The notes beneath the pieces were generated by a model. The model made no database searches. It was not told where the DNA came from and saw nothing but the letters and a program-made list of their open reading frames with translations. A DNA stretch of 64,000 nt from Candidatus Multivorans sp. (GTDB taxonomy: Bacteria > Acidobacteriota > Thermoanaerobaculia > Multivoradales > Multivoraceae). This document shows positions 55,158 to 64,000 of this stretch, one piece after another. The stretch covers positions 1,818,597 through 1,882,596 of the forward strand of contig OZ244786.1 in NCBI GenBank assembly GCA_965219675.1, in the 5' to 3' direction. The translations under genes and the position numbers were made by a program. Positions within the stretch are counted from its first letter, which is position 1, and every line of letters begins with the position of its first letter.

Positions 55158-57292
55158 GGTGCGGCGGCCCCCTGGCCCACGGTCCCCAGCGCCGGAATCC
55201 GCCGCTCCAACTGTCTCCGCAACGGCTCGTTCCCGGGCTCCGCCAGCCGGTCGAGCAGCCGGGCGGCATCGGCACGAGCCGCCACCAGCCACTTCCAGTC
55301 CCGGGCCAGATCGCCAAAGCGAAACCGCGGCAGCCCGGCCTGACGCGTCCCGAGCAACTCACCGGGTCCGCGCTGCCGCAGGTCCTCCTCCGCGATCCGG
55401 AAGCCGTCGTTCGACGCCTCGAAGACGGCCAGCCGCCGCTGGGCATCGGCCGAAGACCGGCCCCGAACCGCGATGCAGATCGATTCCCCGAGGGCCTGAT
55501 CCGTTCCTCGGCCGATTCGCCCCCGGAGCTGATGAAGCTGGGCCAGCCCGAAGCGCTCCGCACCGAGGATCACCATCGCGGTCGCCTCCGGTACGTCGAC
55601 GCCGACCTCGATCACGGTCGTCGCCAGCAGCACGCGGATCGAGCCATCCGCGAAACGCCGCATCGTCGCGTCGCGTTCTTCGCGCCCCAACCGACCGTGG
55701 ACGACGCCGAAGGGCGCTCCGAGCGCCTCGGCCCACAGGGAACCCGACTCCTCGAGAGAAGGCAACGCCGCGGCGCTCCCCTCAGCGGGATCGATCAGCG
55801 GAAAGACGACGTAGGCTCTGCCACCGCGCCGAAGCCGTTCGCTGACCAACCCCACCGCCTTTTCCCGCTGATCCCCGGTCATCACCCGCGTCTCGACCGG
55901 ACTGCGGCCCGGCGGCATCTCATCCAGGATCGACACGTCCAGGTCACCGTACACCGTGAGCGCCAGCGACCTCGGAATCGGCGTCGCCGTCATCACGAGG
56001 AGGTCGGGCCGCAGACCCTTGTCCGCCAGGGATTGCCGCTGGGCGACGCCGAAGCGATGCTGCTCGTCGATCACGGCGAGTCCCAGGCGCGCAAAGCGCG
56101 TTCGCTCCTCGATCAGTGCGTGGGTGCCGACGGTCAGGTCGACCCTGCCGGCGGCGATTCGCTCCTGCACGCCTCCGTCGCCATCGCTGGCGATGGACTG
56201 GCTCGATGTCACGAGCGCCACGGTGAGGTGTGATCCCAGCAAGCGTTCCAGCGAGGCGAAGTGCTGTTCGGCGAGTAGCTCCGTGGGGGCCATGAGCGCC
56301 GCCTGGAGCCCGCTCCGGGCGGCCACGAGGCAGGCAAGGGCCGCGACGACCGTCTTGCCGCTGCCGACGTCTCCCTGCACCAGTCGGAGCATTGGCCGCC
56401 GGTCCGCGAGGTCGGCAGCGATCTCCTGAACCACCCGTTCCTGAGCCCCGGTCAACTGGAACGGCAGCAGGTCCCGAGCCGTGTCCCGAACCACATCGCC
56501 GTTCCTGTACCGCTGCGGCTTCCCCTGGCCGCCGCGCCGCCTTCTTGTGGCGGCGATCTGCAACTGCTGGAGGAGGAACTCCCCGTACGCAAGGCGCGCA
56601 TGGGCCGAACTCTGCCTCGCGTTCAGTTCGTCGATGGACGCCTCCGGCGACGGTCGATGGACCTCGGTCAAGGCTTCCGCCAGCCTCGGCAGGCCATGTC
56701 GGGCCCGCTCCTCACGGGGCAACCACTCGTCGATCCAGTTCGGGCCCCGCGACTCCGCCAGATCGCGGACGACCCCGGCCACGAGGCGCTCCACCCGCGA
56801 CGGCGGCACGTCGCCGATGCGCCCGTACACCGGCCGTACGCCGCCTCCATCCACCGGCTCCTCAGCCAACCGCTCGACGGTCGGATTCGAGAGTTCCCAG
56901 GGGCCGTCCCCGCCCCGGCGCCTGGGCACGCCGTGGAGCAGGTAGGAACCTCCCTCCTCCAGCTGATTCACCAGATAGGGCCGGTTGAACCAGACGACGC
57001 CGGCCCGGTTCTCGCCGTCGTCCGCGACCGCCTCCACGCGCGAGAACCGGCCGCGGCCGAACACCCGCCTCGGTTTCTCGATGCGCACCACCACGGTCAG
57101 CGCGCCCGAAGCGGTCTCGTGCGACACCTCCTCGTCCGGCCCCGGTAGCCGCCCGAGCGTGCGCCGGTCCTCGTAGCGGACCGGCAGATGGGCCAGCATG
57201 TCCAGAATCCGCCGGCACCCGGCGGCCGCCAGCTTGCCACCCAGCACGGGGCCCACGCCGCGCGCACTGGTGATCGGGTCGCGCGCGTCCAT
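55154..57292 (-). CDS. recG: ATP-dependent DNA helicase RecG
   Basis: Wedge domain; Walker A GDVGSGKTVVA; DEQHRFGV; TATPIPRSL; QLRGRIGRG. Confidence 0.92.
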   Translation of the reverse strand: MDARDPITSARGVGPVLGGKLAAAGCRRILDMLAHLPVRYEDRRTLGRLPGPDEEVSHETASGALTVVVRIEKPRRVFGRGRFSRVEAVADDGENRAGVVWFNRPYLVNQLEEGGSYLLHGVPRRRGGDGPWELSNPTVERLAEEPVDGGGVRPVYGRIGDVPPSRVERLVAGVVRDLAESRGPNWIDEWLPREERARHGLPRLAEALTEVHRPSPEASIDELNARQSSAHARLAYGEFLLQQLQIAATRRRRGGQGKPQRYRNGDVVRDTARDLLPFQLTGAQERVVQEIAADLADRRPMLRLVQGDVGSGKTVVAALACLVAARSGLQAALMAPTELLAEQHFASLERLLGSHLTVALVTSSQSIASDGDGGVQERIAAGRVDLTVGTHALIEERTRFARLGLAVIDEQHRFGVAQRQSLADKGLRPDLLVMTATPIPRSLALTVYGDLDVSILDEMPPGRSPVETRVMTGDQREKAVGLVSERLRRGGRAYVVFPLIDPAEGSAAALPSLEESGSLWAEALGAPFGVVHGRLGREERDATMRRFADGSIRVLLATTVIEVGVDVPEATAMVILGAERFGLAQLHQLRGRIGRGTDQALGESICIAVRGRSSADAQRRLAVFEASNDGFRIAEEDLRQRGPGELLGTRQAGLPRFRFGDLARDWKWLVAARADAARLLDRLAEPGNEPLRRQLERRIPALGTVGQGAAAP

Positions 57293-57307
57293 CCTTGACC
57301 TGGGATG

Positions 57308-58243
57308 CTAGGCGATCACCTCGAGCGTGCCCCCTTCCGGATCGACCCGGACCGGGGCTCCCAGAGGCAGCGTGTGGTTGGGCGCCTCGTGACCCGCCGG
57401 CAACCCGACGAGGAGCGGCACACCGAGCCCCTCCGCGAACTCGATCAGGCTGTCCCGCGCGTCGCAGTTCGTGAAGTGGCCCGCGACCACCGCCCGCACC
57501 CCCTCCATGCGGCGGGACGCCCGGAGCTGGGTCAACAGGCGGTCGATCCTGTACTCCGGCTCGTCGGTGTCTTCGAGCACGAGGATGGAGTCCCGAAAGT
57601 CGGGCAGGAAGCCGGTCCCGATCGTGGCAGCCAGCATGGTCAGGCAACCACCGAGCAGCCGCCCCTCCAGCGCCTCGTGTCGGCCGGCCGACACGCTGGG
57701 AGCGACGGTCTCCAACTGCCAGACCGTGCTCCTCTCCCCGGCCAGCGCCTCGAGAAACGAGGTCCGTTCTTCCGGCCGCAACCCTCGCGCGAAGTCCACC
57801 ACCATCGGGCCGTGGTAGGCAACCGTCCCGATGCGGGACACGAGGCCCAGCAGCATGGGGGTCAGATCGGAGTAGCCCACGCAGGGCCGGGGCCGAGAGG
57901 CCAGCAACGCCCAGTCGATTTCCTCCAGCAGCCTGGTCACGCCGTATCCGCCGCGGGCGAAGACGATTGCGGCCACCCTGTCGTCCGCGGCCAGTTCGTG
58001 GAACCCCGCCAGCCGTTGGCGATCCGAGCCCGCGAAGAGCGACCTCCCTTCCCGTGTCGCCCCGGACCGCAGGTTGGAAGCCAGGACGACCTCGAAACCG
58101 AGGTCTCCGATCGCGGCAACGCCACGGCTCAGGCGTTCCTCATCGATCGGGCCGGAGAGCGCGGCGACGCCGATGCGGTCGCCTGGTCGAACGGCCGGCG
58201 GACGTTCCGCGACAAGCCTCGTTCTGCTGCTACGAAGGGTCAA
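57308..58243 (-). CDS. ldcA: LD-carboxypeptidase (muramoyltetrapeptide carboxypeptidase, peptidase S66)
   Basis: GDRIGVAALSGP, VGYSDLTPMLL (catalytic Ser), ...GHEAPNHTLPLG. The ORF-track start is a TTG at 58243 that overlaps the rnpB 3' end, so the true start is probably downstream (near RPGDRIGV). Confidence 0.8.
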   Translation of the reverse strand: MTLRSSRTRLVAERPPAVRPGDRIGVAALSGPIDEERLSRGVAAIGDLGFEVVLASNLRSGATREGRSLFAGSDRQRLAGFHELAADDRVAAIVFARGGYGVTRLLEEIDWALLASRPRPCVGYSDLTPMLLGLVSRIGTVAYHGPMVVDFARGLRPEERTSFLEALAGERSTVWQLETVAPSVSAGRHEALEGRLLGGCLTMLAATIGTGFLPDFRDSILVLEDTDEPEYRIDRLLTQLRASRRMEGVRAVVAGHFTNCDARDSLIEFAEGLGVPLLVGLPAGHEAPNHTLPLGAPVRVDPEGGTLEVIA

Positions 58244-58664
58244 CTGCCGGAGGACCTCGTAAGCCGGATTCTGTTCGTCCCATCACCATCGGGCGAGGGG
58301 AGGCGGCCATTCATCTTTGCGACCTACCCGGAGGGCGTCCCGGACCGCGAAGAGCCCGGAATCGGGACGGACAACCCGATCCGCACTCCCTATTTGGTCT
58401 TGCTCCACATGGGGTTTGCCATCGCCTCGTACCGTCGCCGGACGAGCGGTGCGCTCTTACCGCACCGTTTCACCCTTGCCGGCCCTCCAGCCCCGAAGCC
58501 CGGATCGGGCTTCGGAACCCTGTGCCGGCGGTCTGCTCTCTGTTGCACTTTCCGTCGCGTCGCCGCGCCTTGCCGTTAGCAAGCATGCCGTCCGTTGGAG
58601 TCCGGACTTTCCTCCCCCGGCGGGCAAGCCCGCCGGGAGCGACCGCATCCGGTCCTCCGGCAGG
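58241..58664 (-). ncRNA. rnpB: RNase P RNA (bacterial type A)
   Basis: The reverse complement contains GGGAGGAAAGUCCGGACUCC (P4 5' strand), CAACAGAGAGCAGACCGCC, GGGUGAAACGGUGCGGUAAGAGCGCACC, GGAGCAAGACCAAAUAGGG and ACGAACAGAAUCCGGCUUA. P1 is formed by CCUGCCGGAGGACC (5') and GGUCCUCCGGCAG (3'). Confidence 0.88.
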
Positions 58665-58692
58665 TCGGAGGCTAGCAGTTCCAGGCGCCCGC

Positions 58693-60494
58693 TCAACCCG
58701 ACTGCTCGCGATGGACCGAGGCGTAGACCGAATGGGCGAGCTTCGCGCCCAGAACCTCCCGGAGTTGCTCCTCCGTGGCTTTCGTCACGCCGGCGTAGCT
58801 GCCGAACCTGCGCACCAGAAGCTTGCGGCGCTGCGGACCGATGCCCCGCAGGTCGTCGAAGCGGCTGTGCAGGGTCCGCCTGGAGCGCCTGCGGCGGTGG
58901 CGCGTCACCGCGAAGCGATGCGCCTCGTCACGCACCTGCTGGAGGACGCGCAGGCCGGCGTGGTTCCGCTTCAGGCGCAGCGGCGCGGGTCGCACCGGAA
59001 CGTAGATCTCCTCCTCCCGCTTCGCCAGCCCCACCACCGGCGTCTCGTCGACGCCCAGTTCGGCCAGCGCCTCGAGGGCCGCGTTCAACTGGCCGCGGCC
59101 GCCGTCGATCAGGATCAGATCCGGCATCTCGCCGATCTCCTCGAGCCTGCGCCGGTATCGCCGTTCCACCGCCTGCCGGATCGACGCGAAGTCGTCGGCC
59201 TGCTCCAGACCGCGGATGTTGAAGCTGCGGTACTGGTTCTTGACCATCCGGCCGTCGCTCCAGACGACCAGGGAAGCGACGGTCTGGCTGCCGCCGAAGG
59301 TCGAGATATCGAAGCCCTCGATCCAACGCGGCGCTTCTTCCAGATCGAGCGCTCGCCGCAACGCCTCACTGGCCTCGCCGGCCGCCCCGGCACCGCGGAA
59401 TCGACGGCGGAAGGCCACCTGCGCGTTCCGGTTCGCAAGCGCCACCCGCTGCGCCTTCGGGCCGCGCGACGGCATACGGAGGTAGACCTTCGATTCGCGG
59501 CGTTCGCTCAGCCAGTCGACCAGGGCCTCCTCGCCCTCGATCGGCGCCGGCAGGTGGATCTCCTTGGGAATCAGCGTTGTGCGGTCGTAGAGCTGGGGAA
59601 GGAGCTCCGACAGCAGTCGCTCGGCGGTGATCTCGGCTATGCCCTCCCAGAACAGCTCGCGGCGATCGAGCACCTGACCTCCCCGCATGACGAGTACGAC
59701 AACCGCCGCGTTGTCGCCATGGACGTGAACGCCGAAGATGTCGACGTCCTCGCCCCGATCCGAACTCAGCTTCCGTCGCTGACTGATGGAGGCGATCTCC
59801 TGGATCGTGTCGCGAAGGCGGGCCGCGACCTCGAACTCCAGATCGGCCGCGTGAGTCCGCATGCGACCGCGCAGATCGCGCAGCAACTCGTCGTTCCTGC
59901 CGGCGAGAAAGAGACGGGCCTTCTCCACCGCCCCGGCGTATTCCTCCTCGGTCGTCAAGCCGTCGACGCAGGGCCCCAGGCAGCGCTTCATGTCGTAGTA
60001 GAGGCAGGGCCGCGGCAGGCGGCCGTCGATCTCGATCCGGCACACCCGGATGCCGAAGAGCTTCTGGGTCAGCTTGATCGCCTTCCGCGCCAGGCCGGCG
60101 GGCAGGTAGGGGCCGTAGTACTCCGCTCCGTCGCGGCGGATGCGCCGCGTGAAGGCGAGGCGCGGATGGCCGTCGGCAAGGGTGAGCTTCAGGTAGGGAT
60201 AGGTCTTGTCGTCGCGCAGCCGGATGTTGAACCGCGGCTGCCGGCGCTTGATCCAGTTGTTCTCGAGAAGCAGCGCTTCGGCTTCCGAGTCCGTTACAAG
60301 GAACTCGAGGTCGGCCGCGTCCTGGAGCATCAGGGCGATCCGCGGGTCCTCCGCGGGTCTGATGTAGGACGCCGCGCGCCGCTTGAGGGACTTCGCCTTG
60401 CCCACGTAGAGCGCCTCGCCGGCTTCCGACTTGAAGATGTAAATGCCCGGCTGATCCGGGAGCTCTCCCAGCCGGCGTCGCAGTTCCGAGCGCA

Positions 60495-60498
<4 letters not shown>
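58693..60498 (-). CDS. uvrC: excinuclease ABC subunit C
   Basis: [31 protein letters not shown], a UvrBC-interaction region, and a C-terminal RNase H-like/HhH region; 601 aa. Confidence 0.93.
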
Positions 60499-62534
<2,036 letters not shown>

Positions 62535-62535
62535 G

Positions 62536-63015
62536 TCAGAACTCCGTGGTGCCGTCGCCGGATGCCGCGATCCGCTCCAGACGTTCGGTCAGCCGGCGCA
62601 GGTCGTCGCGGTCGAAGAGTCCCCGCTCCGCGCGCCGAAGCGCATCGGTAAGCGCCATCTGGAGTCGACGGTTGTCGGCCGGCGTGGCCGGCTGGGTCCG
62701 GTAGCGCTCGAGCACGGAATCAAAGGCCCGGTCGAGCCGGTTTCGTTCTTCCGACGTGATGTCCTCCGGCAGCTCCGCCATGATCTGCTCGCGCCCGAAG
62801 TCCAGGACGAACTCGAGCAGTTCGTCGGCCTGGGTCAGGGCCACCACCAGACCGATCCCCAGGAGGACCGCGAGCACTCCGCACCCCGCCAGACCGGCAA
62901 TCAGACAGCCACGCCGCCCCCGGCCCGGTTCCCGCGGCCGCGCGGACGACGACGGCTCGGGGAACGGGTCCGGCAGGGGTGGCAGGCCGCGCGGCTCCTC
63001 AGCTTCGGGAGTCAT
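62536..63015 (-). CDS. hypothetical membrane-anchored protein
   Basis: 159 aa with a single TM ([25 protein letters not shown]) and a charged, predicted helical C-terminal domain. It ends 1 nt before the uvrB start and is divergent from the PBP1A gene. Confidence 0.45.
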   Translation of the reverse strand: MTPEAEEPRGLPPLPDPFPEPSSSARPREPGRGRRGCLIAGLAGCGVLAVLLGIGLVVALTQADELLEFVLDFGREQIMAELPEDITSEERNRLDRAFDSVLERYRTQPATPADNRRLQMALTDALRRAERGLFDRDDLRRLTERLERIAASGDGTTEF

Positions 63016-63041
63016 GAGTCGGGCCGTATGATACGCGCGTG

Positions 63042-64000
63042 ATGAAGGCGCCGCGGAACGTCCTGCAACCCCTGCTCGGCTGGAGTTCGAGACACTGGCG
63101 GTGGCTCACGCCGATCGTGGCCACGCCGGTCGCGGGCGTCCTGCTGGGGATCGGTGTCGCGGCGGTGATCGACCTGCCTCAGGTGGAAACCGTCGCCGAG
63201 TTGAATCCCAGTCAGATCACCCGTCTCCTGGACAGCCACGGCGAGGTCTTCCGGAGCTACTCGGTCGAGAAGCGGATCATGCTTGCCGAGGGCGAGGTGC
63301 CGGAGGTCTTCGAACGCGTCCTGCTCACCGCGGAGGACCGGAACTTCTACGCGCACGGCGGCTTCGACATCATCGGCGTGGCGCGCGCAACCTTGCAGAA
63401 CTGGCGGCGGGGCGAGAGATTCTCCGGCGCCTCGACGATCACGATGCAGGTGGCGCGAACGCTCTATCTCGGCCGCGAGAAGCTATGGAGCCGGAAGATC
63501 CGGGAGACGCTCCTCGCGATCGAGCTTGAGAAGCGGCTGAGCAAGCAGCAGATTCTGACCCTGTACTGCAACCTGACCTACTTCGGCCACGGCAACTACG
63601 GCCTCGAGGCTGCGTCCCGCTACTACTTCGGCAAACCGGCAGCCGAGCTGGACCATGTCGAATCCGCCACTCTCGTCGCCATCCTGCCCGGCCCGAGCGT
63701 GTGGACTCCCTACCTCCGGCCCGAGGTCGTACGGAATCGCCGGAACACGATCCTGGGCGTCGTGGCCGAGCGAGGCGTGATCACCAGGCAGGAGGCCGAG
63801 GAGGCGGCCACGCAGCCGCTTGGCGTGGTCAAGCAACGCGAGACGAAGCCGGTGGCGCCGTACTTCGCCGAGCGGGTTCGAGTCGACCTCTACCGCACCT
63901 ACGGCCAGAAGGGCCTCTACGAGCGAGGGCTCCAGGTCCGAACGACTCTCGATCCCCGGATGCAGGAAGCCGCCGAGCAGGCGCTCCGCCGGGGACTCGT
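63042..64000 (+). CDS. mrcA: penicillin-binding protein 1A (bifunctional transglycosylase/transpeptidase), 5' partial; runs off the window end
   Basis: N-terminal TM, then GT51 motifs ...VLLTAEDRNFYAHGGFD and GASTITMQVAR...RKIRETLLAIELE, ...YLNLTYFGHGNYG. Not in the ORF track because no stop codon falls inside the window. Confidence 0.85.
   Translation, partial: MKAPRNVLQPLLGWSSRHWRWLTPIVATPVAGVLLGIGVAAVIDLPQVETVAELNPSQITRLLDSHGEVFRSYSVEKRIMLAEGEVPEVFERVLLTAEDRNFYAHGGFDIIGVARATLQNWRRGERFSGASTITMQVARTLYLGREKLWSRKIRETLLAIELEKRLSKQQILTLYCNLTYFGHGNYGLEAASRYYFGKPAAELDHVESATLVAILPGPSVWTPYLRPEVVRNRRNTILGVVAERGVITRQEAEEAATQPLGVVKQRETKPVAPYFAERVRVDLYRTYGQKGLYERGLQVRTTLDPRMQEAAEQALRRGL

Overview
High-GC (roughly 68-70%) bacterial chromosome segment with dense core-genome content and no mobile element, CRISPR array or recognisable defence cassette. 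The lineage is a diderm (Gram-negative) that carries rpoN, carD/cdnL, bactofilin and feoAB; it cannot be resolved further without a database search. Gene content is housekeeping: etfBA, metK, a fused lptF-lptG, a long LptC/LptA-like protein followed by lptB-rpoN-ptsN-rapZ-EIIA(Man)-ptsH-ptsI-miaB, recJ, priA, carD, a TolC-like outer membrane protein, a SulP transporter, purC, alr, dnaB, feoAB, cysS, def, thiE-lspA-rluD, bactofilin, an MscS channel, an 1154-aa sensor kinase, then cmk-rluB-scpB-scpA-glycosyltransferase-recG-ldcA, the RNase P RNA gene rnpB, uvrC-uvrB and the start of a PBP1A gene. Five tRNA genes are present (Leu-CAA, Leu-TAA, Cys-GCA, Gly-GCC, Gly-CCC). Many junctions share 4-nt ATGA/GTGA stop-start overlaps, which suggests operons. 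The high GC content produces many long antisense ORFs that I treat as artefacts. Observations that stand out: (1) each tRNA-Leu gene is followed by a degenerate tRNA-like tandem copy, and the two copies share an identical 16-nt hairpin (GTCCCCTGCGGGGACT) plus a T-arm/acceptor repeat. (2) A canonical sigma-54 promoter (TGGCACG-N4-TTGCT) sits upstream of a 786-aa secreted protein whose basic Pro/Ser/Thr/Arg-rich C-terminal tail is encoded by four near-perfect 54-bp tandem repeats. (3) The LPS-transport parts are unusual: a fused LptF-LptG and a 765-aa multi-module LptC/LptA-like protein. (4) A bifunctional nuclease (BFN/DUF151) gene sits next to an orphan ParB-like gene. (5) An RNase P RNA gene, which an ORF track cannot show, lies between ldcA and uvrC. 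I see no clear self-contained novel system and I am not claiming one.
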